A stretch of DNA of 64,000 nt from Vicugna vicugna (lineage: Eukaryota): positions 2,892,158 through 2,956,157 of the forward strand of contig MU058781.1 of the NCBI GenBank assembly GCA_013265495.1. The letters run 5' to 3'. Below, piece after piece: positions 36,266-48,530 of this stretch. Below the pieces are notes generated by a model. That model ran no database searches and was not told the origin of the DNA. It saw only the letters and a program-made list of their open reading frames with translations. The position numbers and the translations under genes were made by a program. Position 1 is the stretch's first letter. Every line of letters begins with the position of its first letter.

Positions 36266-37779
36266 CTATAGGTAAACGTGACAGCCCAAATATTCTTACA
36301 TACAAGGACTGAATGAATCACAGTAGTTCATGTCATGTGGTTCATTTGTTGATGTCAAACCAATCAATATAAATTGAATGAAGCCTATTGTTTTGTAACT
36401 TAAGTGACTTGCTAAGAGGGGCTTGTTTCCTCCAGAGCAGAAAAGTAAATGGACAACACTGAGATACTTTTCATCCAGTCCCACATTATATACTCCAATA
36501 CCGGTTTTAGCTCTCTGGTTTCACCATGGAGGATTGTATTTTGTTGAATAAATTTTACTTTTAAGTGTATAGGCCTCTTGAGGTTCCTCTTTAAAATAAT
36601 GCGCACGCTCTGGGCAAAATCACACAGCTGCCTTTAAGCCTCTCAGTAGAACTTATTTCTTCCAAGTAGGCTCCTTGAGGGCCATTGTTAGACATAGTGG
36701 TAAGTGTAACTGCCTCATAAATGGTTCCTAATTACTGGTCAAAACACTCAAAACTAAAGAAAAATCAAAAGTGCCACTCATCAGGGTAGGAATACGGTAG
36801 GAAATGCCAGATCAGAAGTCCTGAGAGTTTTGTTCTCTTTTTGGCTCTGCCACTAACTACCTACTAGGAAATTTCACCTCTGCTCTTTATAGATGGTGGG
36901 ATAATCATTCACTGGAACTTTGTTTTTTCATCTGCAAATGGAGGAGCTTTGAATATGTGACCTCTAAGGGCTTTTACAACTATAGAGTAGAATCTATAAC
37001 ATGTGGTCTCTAGAGCCAAGATTCTTTAGAGAGGGAGAGTGAAGGCTCCCCAGAGGAAGTAGAAAAAGGCACACATGAGAAAAAGAACTGAGGTATAAAA
37101 TTTTGAAGATTAATCCTGCCATAGGAAGAAAAACAACAACTTATATTTGCATAGCATTTTTTTAAAAAGTGCTTCCATATTCATTAAATCCTCAGGAAAA
37201 TCCTGGGACTTTGATTTATGATCTTCATTTTACCAACTAAGGAAACTGAGGCTTGCTAAAAGTACAGAGGGATAAAGGCTTCAGTATAAAAACAAATTAA
37301 AAAAAAAAAAGATCAAGATCTTGGGCTCTGAGAACAGGGCTCCTTAAACAGCCTGAAAGCAAGAGAAGTGATACCTAATGGGGAAGAATTCTTGGTTTTT
37401 CTTGCTACGTCATCTTCAGTTTTCTCCATGTTTTAGGTGGCAAAAATGCAAAAGGCCACTGACCTTGTATAGGAACATTTTCTGATTTTAACTGTGCTAA
37501 TTTTCTTTTTCTCCCTGTTAAGACATGCATACATACAAGAGAAAGGAAATTATGGAGTTATTTACTTAAGGTATGTCTTGGTTAAGAGAAACACATACAT
37601 TAGAAATTATGAAAACCATGTTCTGTGCCCTAAATGCTCTCAACGTATTGTCAGATGATGTAAATAAAATGTCAGGTAATTGCTTTATTTATTCAATATT
37701 TATGCAGTTAGAGCTAACAAAAACACTGTATGTACTGTATATATTAATACAAAATATGTGGTTTGCAAAAAAGCAGTTT

Positions 37780-40745
37780 TTACAAGGTAAAATATAGTCT
37801 ACAATTCTTATATTAGAAAGAAGAAAGAAATTATATTTTTTAAAAAGGAGGAATGCTTAAAATTAAATAAGCTCAATATCCAGTCTAAGAAAGTAGAAAA
37901 GAACAAACCCAAAGAAAGGAGAAAAAGTAGATAACAGAAGTGCTGAAACAAATAAAACAAAAAGTAAAATTTCATATAAATTTTAAAGAGATAAAAGTTT
38001 GAAAAGACAGATTTATCAAGAAAAAAGAAGGGAATACACAAATAATAGCATTAGGCATAAAAAAAGAGGAAATATTGTTCCCACAGATAAGTAAAAAGAA
38101 AAATGAAACTATTATGAATAATTTTAGGCTACTAAGTTTGTATACTGATGAAATATATAAATTTCTAAGAAACATAACACATAAAAATGACTCAAGGTGA
38201 AAGAGAAATTTTCTACAAACGAAAAATGTGATTAAATCTGTAAAGTTTCACAAAGGAAATAACATGTCAGATTATTTTACTTGTGAATTCTACCGAACAT
38301 TTCTTACACAAACTCTTTCAGAGAATAGAAAAAAGATGGAATACTTCCCAAAGTACTTTATGAGACTTGCACAACCTCAATATAAAAACCAGCCCAGGGC
38401 AAAACAAAATAGGAAAATTACAGGTCAGGATTAATGCAATTCACTACATTAACAAGTTAAAAGAGATAAATCATATAATTACACTCACAGTAGCAAAAAA
38501 AGTCCAATAAAATTCAATAATCATTTGTGATAAAATTTTTGGCAAAGTAAGAATAGAAAAGAGTGTCTTTAACCTGATAAAGAAGACCTATAAACCTCTA
38601 GGAGCAAACATTATACTAATAGTAGAAGTTTGAAACTATTTTTTTTAATCGTGAGCAAGGCAAGGATGACACTATCATCACTTTTTTCATTCTGTAGTGT
38701 AAGTCCCAACCATCAAGGTAAAACCTAAATAAATAAATAAATAATCAAGAATTGCAAAGAAAGGAGCAAACCTCTCACAATTAATAGATGATATTATCTA
38801 CAGAGAAAACCCAAAATGTCAAAAGATAAATTTACATTAATTTTAAAAATTAGCAACAAATCAGCTGGCAAACAAAATCCATTGCATTTCTAGATATCAA
38901 AAAAATTCAGATACAAAGTGTAATTTAAAATATCTCTTACAAAAGCAATAAATTATATAAAGTACATAAACACATGGGAATAAATCTAACAAAATTATAC
39001 AAGGCATGTATAATTAGAAAGCTTTTTGAATTTCATTACAGAACACAACTGATGGAAAAATACACTATGTTCTTGGATAAGAAGGGTCATATCATAAAGC
39101 TGTCAATTCTCAAGTGGCTCTAAATGGTTAATATAATTACGATACCAATTTCAAAGTTTTCCATGGAATTTGGCAAGCTGATTTTGAAATTCATACAAAA
39201 GAATAAAAAGATAATGGATAGCCAATATGTCCCAAGGAAGTAAAATAAGCAGGAACTTGTCCTATTAAATATCAAGACTCATTATAAAACTAATCAAGTT
39301 ACTAACAAGTGATGTTGTACATTAATGGAGAGATGGACCAAAGGACAGAATGGAGAATTTACAAATAAATCCACTTGGATCTGGAAACTTGATTTATGAC
39401 AGAGATTGTATTTGAAATCAATGAGGAAAAGATGAACTATTAAAAAGATGCTACATTCAAATTTTATAAACTGAAATTACACCACCTCCTTGCATTATAT
39501 ATAAAAATCAAATTAAAAGAGGAATAAATAAATAGATGTGAGAGTCAAACTACATAATCCCAAGAAGAGAATGTAGGAGGTATCTATAAACAAAACTTAA
39601 AACACTTTACGGTTTCTAAACAAAAAGACTGAAGAAGTTAATGACTTTAAAATTAAGAATTTTTCTTTGTCAAATGAGCCCACCAAAAGAGTGAAATAAT
39701 TGGCTATGGACTGAGAAAGGATAATCACTCCACATAGAATTTATAAAAACAAATAAAGAATATATAGTTTAAATTATTGCCTGTTGCTATTCCTACTTTG
39801 ACATTAAAAAGGGGAATAACCCAATACAAAAATTGACAAAAGACCCGAAAAGAAATTCCAAAGGAAAGAAAACACGTAAGACCTATTATAAACACATGAA
39901 AAGATGCTCAGCTTCTTCAACAATCAGAGAAATGAAAAGACAAGATCACAATGCACCATAATGGGGGGAAAAATGGAGACAATAGCATGTTTTAAAGAGG
40001 ATGTTAAGCAATGGGAACACTCATTCACATCTGGTAGGGATTTAAATGTGTACTACTACTTTGGAAAACAACTTGGAATTGACAAGAAATTTGAACACTC
40101 AGTTTATGACCCAGCAATTCCATTTCTAGGTGGAATTCTAGTTTAGAGACTCTTGCAAATGGGCACCAGGAGAGAAGTTTCCCCCAAATCGTGTCAGTGC
40201 TCTTTGCAGTAGTCCTGAGTTAGAAAAAAAAAAATCAAGTGTCAATCAAAATTAGAATGAATGAAGCAGAAGGGATAAATGCAAATGTCTGTTAAAAGCA
40301 GAATAAATGAATTCATATGATGAAACACTACATGATGGTGAAAACAGTGAGCTACAGACATAAGCATCAATGTGGATGGATTAATACATAATTTTGAGCA
40401 AAAGGATTAAGTTATAGGAAAATACAGATATAACAATTTGTTTATATAAATTCCCCCAAAGTCAATATTAAACTATAGTTTGCTTAGGGATAGATTCACA
40501 TATGCAAAAACTATGAAGAAAAGCAGGGAACGATTAACACAAAACTCAGGATAGTGGTTACCTCTGATGAGGAGTTGGGGAAGCAGCTGTTGAGGTTCAT
40601 GTAGGAGGATTTAAACTGTAGCTTATGTTCTATTTCTAAAGCTGAGTGGTAGGTAGGTGGATACCCACTTTGTTATCTTCTATAGTAGAGATGTATTTTA
40701 GGCACTTTTGTGTACATGATACTCTCCACAATAAAAATAAATAAA
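37780..40745 (+). mobile_element. Old degenerate L1M (ORF2 to 3'UTR, about 3 kb)
   Basis: A-rich sequence collinear with L1 ORF2 (tgtgaattctaccgaacattt; gggaataaatctaacaaaa; tatgacccagcaattccatttctagg) with an L1MC/ME-like 3'UTR. Confidence 0.9.
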
Positions 40746-41369
40746 TCTATGCTTACCTGAGCTTGTATATGTCCAGAGGCTCCTCAAAATACCTTATTCT
40801 TTGCCACTGGATCATTTTGGTAGGGAATGTTTAAAAGCCCTGTTTTAAAGTTAATCAATGCAAATGATGAGTTTTATGGTTTGGATGGATGAGATGATAC
40901 ATGCTGGGAAAGGGCACTGGCTACCCAGGGTGGGCATGGAGGGAAAGAGAACCAGAATTTAGTGGGCACCCATCGTCAACATGCTTCACATAGTTAATAA
41001 TTCCGCAGTGCCCTGTTCCTGCCTACAGAGTTGCCACAGGTTGGAAATCCCACATCAGTCACCACTTCCCTGCTGACATTAGCTGTTCATGTAAATTCGG
41101 AATAATGTAAGGCTGGAATTCAATCACAAAAATAGAAGGAAATGGAAAACAAAGACAGTCTGGGAAGTGGAAGGCAAGTTCTGGGGGTTCTCCCTCAACT
41201 TCTTGCCTTACACATGTGTGGATGTTCCCCTCAGTAAAGTATTTGGAAAGCACATCACATTTCAGTTTTTTTCTTCCTAAAAAGAACAATTTGTTCCCAT
41301 GCTAAGAAGAATGACAGTGTTTTTTCTTTCCTGATGACATGAAAGTACCATCTGAAAGCAACAAGCAGA

Positions 41370-41650
41370 GATTTTGTTTAGGGATGCATATTTCTGTGTA
41401 AAACTATAAAGCAAAGTTGGAAATAATTAACAGCAGGGTAAAGAGAGCAGTTACCTCTGACAAGGGGACGGGGAAGAACATAATCACTGAGATATATCAC
41501 TGAGATATATTAGGTGAAGGGGGTGGTTTTAAAATACTGGTGACATTTTATTTCTTAATATAGCTGATAGGTACATGGCCATTCCTTTTACGGTCATTCT
41601 TGAAACTGTACATAAAGTTTTTATAGTCTCTTCTGTATATATTTTATACA
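41370..41650 (+). mobile_element. L1ME-type 3'UTR fragment
   Basis: ttgtttagggatgcatat...aaaactataaag...gttacctctg parallels 40480-40700. Confidence 0.7.
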
Positions 41651-42057
41651 CCAGAATGCAGTTTTATTTGTTTTATTTTACCTGAAGTTCTTTCTAGATA
41701 CACAAAAAAGCAGGGAGGATCCTGCTAAAGCAGAGGACCCCCAAAAAGGGTACCAGAATTAAGCAGGCCAGTGTAAAAGAGATTTTTTATGTACATCTGT
41801 ACTTTTTTCAGGTTTCAACCTTTTAAATACACACCTTTCAGAAAAGACATTTTAAATGCTTTCCCCTGACATGAACAAATTAACAAGCCTTTGCTAAGAT
41901 GCTAAGGGTTCAGTAATAAGGTAGAGAAATACTAGAAAAGGAAAAGCCACTGAGTTTGCTACCCAGCTGTCCCACAAGAGGCAATTTGAGAAAGATTCCA
42001 AAAGCAGCATGTCAACAGATGTAAAACAACTTACGTCAACTAAATAGCTACCTGAAA

Positions 42058-42193
42058 GTAGGTGACCGAAAGCATGTTGACGATGGGTGCCTGCTAGTGC
42101 CTCAGCTATGTCTACTGTCCCAGGACAATTATTAACAGTACCTTTTCGCTCTCAAAAGTGTCCCAATTTGACAGTAAATTATGTGGTCATCCT
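42058..42193. mobile_element. hAT-Blackjack MITE (MER94/MER81-like)
   Basis: taggtgacc...aaaagtgtcccaatttgacagtaaattatgtggtcatcct. Confidence 0.75.
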
Positions 42194-44879
42194 GTTCATA
42201 AAAGAAAAGATGTAATGGTGCTGTGGGAGTTGAAGGGCTCATCCAGGAAGACACTGCAAAAAGGAAAAATCTGGAGCTTAGATGCTATGGCTGTAATTGG
42301 AAAAGATGAGTGGAGAGAAAGTTTTTAAATCATCAGAGACAGAGAGACATAGGAGAAGAAGAGGGGGGTGGAGAAGGAGAAGAAAAAGAAGGAAGAGGAG
42401 GAAAAGGAGAATTATCTGTGTATTTGTTTAGATCACTAGAAAAAAGAAATACAGTGGGAGAAGCAATTATTTCCTTGACCAACTTTTCTTGTTTTGAGCT
42501 TCTAAAGAGTATACCTGGGGTTTTTTTTTCACCTCAATTCCTTTTTCATCCAAGATGAGTAAAAGAAAGAGACATGGGAACTGGAATTAACAGAGTTGAT
42601 TTAGAGATTAGAGAGGGGTCTGTTTTGAGACCTTCATCTTATCTGTGGAGGAAAGGATGGAAGCTTCCTTTCTCATCACAGAGTAGATGACCTGCATTTC
42701 TTACAGTTTCCCAATATGCATTCCTGTGGCTTTGTTAGTTAATGGAATGCTATAATTCATAAGCTTTCCTCTGTTGACCCTTTCAACTGAATTTATGAAC
42801 ATTCTCCAATTTTATTAACAAAAGAAAACTATTTTTAGGTGTGATGACCACATAAGGCTAAACCTAGGCCATCCCAAGCATGTTGCAATTCTGCAAAGTG
42901 GTCATTTGAGGGTCTTTCTCCTTCACATGGTCTCAGCTCTTAAGTCATTGTTTTGCAAAACTTGTCCTAAGAGGACCAAGTCAGAAAGATCTGGTTTCTT
43001 TTTTTCCTTCAGAAATCTCAACTTGCATATAACCATTTACTGAATAATAGCTTATAGAAAAAGAGGGAAGGGACAGAGAGATAAAAAAAGTAAGAAGGGT
43101 CACACAGAAACTGGAAAACTACAAGTTCTTACAGTGGTTGTTCCATTTTTCTTCTTGCTTTTGTCTTTCTAAACAGTGGCTGATGGCATAGGTAAGATCT
43201 GATTGGGATTCCAGATCCAGTATATTTGTGGATTAGAAGGTGCGGAATGGGATCAGCTAGGAAACTCTTGGGAAAATAGGATTCAAATGTCCAGGTTTTA
43301 ATACCCCTCAGGCAAAACCAGCCTTAGTTATACCTCAGCCTCCAGAGATCCTAAGAAAAGCATAAATGGTGGAGTCACTAGGAGATAAGCAATTTAATTT
43401 GCCCAAGAGAATGAGTAAAAAGAAATGCCCAGGTTCCCAGCTTTGGAATGAGACAGTCCTAGGAGAGGAAAAAAATGCCATTTGCTGATTTATTCATGGT
43501 AGTCAATGAATAACTGCAATCAAATTATGGTTTAGCTACAAGGGGGAAACTTTATTTACTGGTTCGAGGTATGCTAAGCTCTGGGTATAGGAAGATCACT
43601 CAGAATTACTCTAAAAGGCTGCATTATATCCAAGAAATATCCTCAGTATCAAAAAGACCCACACCTCCCAAATTTAAGCAAATTAATGCCAACTCTAATG
43701 GGACAGTAAACATTATCAGCAATGTCTTCATTTTTCTTGATTATAAGGCTGCCTTTTTTCCAAATGGGGAATTCAGTTCTCCCTTTTAGTCTCAGCTTAG
43801 CAAGAGATAGGAGTCATGAAATCATATATTAGACTATCCCTGGCCAATTCAGGGTAAAAGGGGTATCTACCCATTATTGAAGATTTAGGAACATAAAGGA
43901 GAATGACAGGGAAACTTACAAGAATTTCTCCCTGTCAAAACTGACTCCAAGAAATGTCACATTAATTAACCTTCAAAGTGGACGTTTTTCAGTAAGGTAA
44001 TAGGTATTGACAAAGTTTGCCTGGAACAGGGAGGAGAGGCACACAATTTGTGTTTCAGAGCATGGATGGCCACCATATACATACTTGTTCAATCCTTATT
44101 AAGGCAGTGCGCCGTGTCTATTTTTCCCGACTCCTTTTCCAAATAATGAGCAAGGTTAGCTCTTCCTTTACCAGAATGGAAAAGGTGGTGATGGCAACTT
44201 TCCCCTCAAGAAACTAGCTGAGCCTATTAGCAGAGATGCCAAAGGGAAACTACCCAGAGAGAAGGCTTCCAAGTATTGGGACCGGAGTTTCTCTTTAATA
44301 CTCAAGCTCATTTGCTTCTCTAGACAACTTTCAGTGTCTTATCTTTTTAAAACAAGTACACTTGGGAGGAGTACTTACTTTAAGTGTTGTTGATATTTGG
44401 ATTAACTTTGAAGTGGTGTCTTAGAAAAAATTAGTACAGTCAGCTGAGAACAAGAATGATTCTTTCCAAAGAGAAGACAACTACTGGTGGGTGCAGGAAG
44501 TAGAAAAGGAAGAGAGATGGCAAAGACATCAGGGGACAAAAAATGATAGAAAAGGGGAAATGAGAGAAAGATGAAGATTAATTTCACTGATTTAAAACTT
44601 TTATCTGAACTGGCTTGGGCCATTCTAGGAATTAGCTCATGCAATGCCATGCAATACCCATTCATCTGGCAAACCTCTATTAAACACCTAGTATGTTGCA
44701 GGTATTCAACTAAAATCTAGGGATTCATAGTTGAACAAGCCATACGGATGGCTTTTATCACAGAGTCTATCCCAGAGGAAATTACATCTAAATGGAGCTT
44801 TGAGAAATAAATAACAATTCACAAAAGAGGCAGTAGCATGTAGCAGCATATGATCATTTGTGGTCAATCCAGTTCAAGT

Positions 44880-46200
44880 GGATCCTCAAGAATTCATGCT
44901 GTTCCTTCACTCTTCCCCAGCTCTTTACACTTTTGTCTCCTGGAGCCTTCAACACTGTACAATATCTACTTACTTTCAGGAGATGACCTAGTTCTGTTTC
45001 TCAGAGGAAAGAGAGGACACCATTTATGAAATTATTCAATTTCTCTCTGTCATCACCCATCAATATCTCCCCACTCCCTCGCCACAACACTGTCTTATAG
45101 GGAAATATAGTCCTCTCTTCACCCTGATGAACCTAAGCCTTTCTTTAAATCACTCTCACTTGGACATTTTATATCTCATCTAGAACCTATGATACTATTA
45201 CCTCCATTCTCTCCTGTGTCTTCAACCTCTTCCTTAGCCTCAGTTTAGCATGAAAAAAGTTCAGCTCTTCTCTCTCTCAAAAAGCAAACATACACACACA
45301 AATACTCACACATTTTATTAAAACAATTCGTCTGTTGTTCCTCCATCTGTTCTCAAATTGTTTTATTAATTTCCTCACTGACAAATCAATAAACTCATTT
45401 CAATTCTCATCCCAATTGACTTTTTTGCACCATTCAAGACTGCCACCCATTTCTTTCTTCTTGCAATGCTCTCTTTTCTAAAATATTAACTCCTTATCAG
45501 TTCCCTTACCTATCTAAATATTGCTTCTAGATATAGTATCATTCTTTATCCTTTAAAAGTCTGTAGTCCCAAGTTCAGGTCTTGACCTGCTTCTAATTCC
45601 ATTAGCTTTCCCAAGAAGTTTTACTTAATTTTAGGGCTTACTGTCTCTGAAGTTCCATGCTCAACCAACAGAAATTTGTTAGATCTTCTTTCCTTGCATT
45701 TGTCAATTCTAACCTCCTCTCTACATCCATCTTACTGTCACTATTCAATGTATGCCACTCTTGTCTCTCACCTGGTTTAGAAAAAAAGCCTCCTAATGCA
45801 TCTCTTTGCTTCTGTTCTGACAACCCTCCAGTTCTTCTTCCACACTTTGCCAGAGTGATCTTTCTAAGTGATACATCTTATGTTGCTTCCCTGCTTAAAA
45901 ATTCTCATTGTGACATAGAAAGTCATTCAAGATCTATCCCAGTCTACTTTTCTAATGTCTCTTCACCTTCTTTATCCTCCAACCATAAATTTGGGAAAAT
46001 TGTTCAACTGTGCCATGACTTTTGAACCTCATGTCTTTGCTTCTGCTTAAATTTGAACCTGGAATATCTTTCCTGAATTTCTCAACCTGGAAAAAATTAG
46101 ACTTATTCTGTAAAATACACACAAAAGAATTACATCCTCTTTGAAGCATTTCTTGGTATTTCTCTTTATTCCCTGCATCCTACACAAACACATTTCCCAG
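44880..46200 (+). mobile_element. L2 fragments
   Basis: Pyrimidine-rich L2 body, e.g. cttccacactttgccagagtgatctttctaa...ttccctgcttaaaa. Confidence 0.7.
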
Positions 46201-47473
46201 GCAAATGTAATGACAGTTTCTTCTTCGCTTCTACAAAACTTAATTCATTCCACCACCTGTAGCCCTTATCAGATTGTTTTCATGGTCAGATGATACCTGG
46301 GTTCCTCTTGGGAAATTAAGGTCCTAACCCAGCAAGGCATGGATAGTTCATGTCCAACTGGAACAACAATGACCCAGAACACTTCAAGTTAGTAGCCACC
46401 TCCTATGCCATGTTGTAAGAATTGGTATCATTTCCTGCCGAAAGGGAAAGAAGGGATCTGATAACCTCTGAAAGTCTCTGTCTGTACTGCCATGAGTCTA
46501 CGAATAATTTCTTTCACCATTGCTTCACCACAGAATCCACATAGCTGATGTCTTTGTTTTCTGAAGGCCAGCCTGGGAACAGCAGCAGGAAAAACAGCAT
46601 CTCTCTTACTACATCATAGGCACCATTACTGAAGGTGACTTCTCGACAGTGTGCAGGCTTGCTATCATACCCAAAGCTGGATAAACAGAATGACACTCTC
46701 GGCGCTGCCCCCAAAACTGAATCATTTTGAAAAGGGCCAAAGTTATCTTGAGTGGCTGGCTTTCTGAGAGGTGGTTTACTGTGGCGTACAGAGAAAAAAA
46801 AATGAATTTATTGTGCTTAATTAGTTCAAAAGATCTTTCTGAAGATCAATCCAAATATGAAGGTGTTTCTGAGGTCTAAAGAAAGTTTTCTTTTCTAAAA
46901 TGGAAATTGAAATGATGATATAGCTACGTATCTGGTGAGATTATATATTTTGGTCTAATTCCAGGTATTGGAAAACCCAATTGAGCATTTACTATGTGTC
47001 AGTTAAGCAAAATATAAAAACACACCTGCCTGCACAAATAGCACTGTTTGTTAAGAATGTAAACTCTATAGATAAATTCTTGGAAAAAATTCTTTTAAGC
47101 AATAGTATTATAATATAGAATGGAAGTTGAAGACTTCATCTGAAAAATTCACACAAAATGGTACCAGCTTAACTTTGAAAATCTACCCTGTCCTTTTGGG
47201 GAGGTAGTGGAGTGAAGGATGTGAAAAAAAATTGGGTCTGAAAGTTGGAAGGAGCTTAAGTCTCTTATTACAGTTCTTCTCCAACTGCTTATACAACTTA
47301 GAGGAAGACAGCCATGTGGCACCTCATATTTGCCAGTTAAGTATGGATAAAAACATCTGCCTCACAAAGAGATTGTGGATTAAGTATGATATGTGAAATA
47401 GTAGTTACCTTGGTTCTTAGGAGAAGCCACCCCATTATAAGGCCAAGGTATTCGTGTCTCTATTGTATGTTTC

Positions 47474-48530
47474 TTTCATTCATTCAGCAAAAAGTGGTTG
47501 AGTGCCTACTAAGCATTTAAATGTGGGGATAAGCAGAGAACAAAGAGAAAAAAGTAATACCTTCCTTTTAAGAGCAAACATTCAATGGGGGAGAAAAAAT
47601 GCAAACAAGCAAATAAAAGAAAGAAGTAAATTATATATTAAAAGATGAGAAGATGCTAGGTAGTATGGAAAAAAATAAAATACGGAAGAAGGACAGGAGA
47701 GTCCGGGGTTAAGTGAGAGGTGGATTTCAATTTTGAATGTGATACTCAGGGGAGAGATCACAGACAGAGTGACATTTGAAAAGCACTTGAGGAGGTGAAT
47801 GAGATGAGGTGTGAACGTGAGGCTATCTGGAGGAAGAACATTCGAGCAGAGATGCGCACACAGACGTGAAGGACTTGAGATGGCAGCACAACTATGTGTT
47901 CAAGGAACAGCAAAAAATCAGAGTGGCCAGCTGGTAGCAGAAAGATCAGAGAGTTAGGAGGCCACATGCACAGAGCCTTGTAACCCATTGAAAGGATTTG
48001 TTTCTCTGAGGGCGATGGGCAGTCATGGGGCAGGGGTGTTTGGCTTCAAGCAGAGGAGGAATGTGATCTGATTTGCATCTTAAAGGTATCCCTCTGGCTG
48101 TTGTTTTGAAAATAGATCTGTGAGAGGGTGCCCAAGTAGAAGCAATTAGAACCAATGATGCCAGTAATGTGCCAATGGCAATTTCTTGGTTTGAATGGTT
48201 AAATTGTGATTACATAGGAGAATGTATTGTTTGTAGAAAAGGCACAGTAAAACATTCTAGGGTTGCAAGGCAACAGGTCAGCAGAAGATTCTCAAACAAC
48301 ATCACGGAAAAAAGTCTGCAGTGTCTGTAGGTTTGAGGTGATCATTTTTAAATACGCGGTAATGCAGGTAGTGATGACCAAGCAGCTGGCAATGGAGGCA
48401 GTCAGACTCTGGGTATATTTTGTAGGTGGGGACTACAGGATTTCCTATTGAAATGAACCTGGTGGGTTAAAGAAAGAAAGGAGTCAAGATTGACAGCATG
48501 GCTTTTGTCCCAGCAAATGGAAGAGTGTAC
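47474..48530 (-). mobile_element. L2 interrupted by a short L1M 3' fragment (about 48155-48350)
   Basis: ttcattcattcagcaaa tail; tgatctgatttgcatcttaaaggtatccctctggctg; aaggagtcaagattgac. Confidence 0.8.

Noticed and set aside
30940..42410. Purine-rich and G-run tracts at about 30940-31025 and 42345-42410
   Set aside because: Common low-complexity sequence. G-quadruplex or triplex potential alone is not evidence of function.
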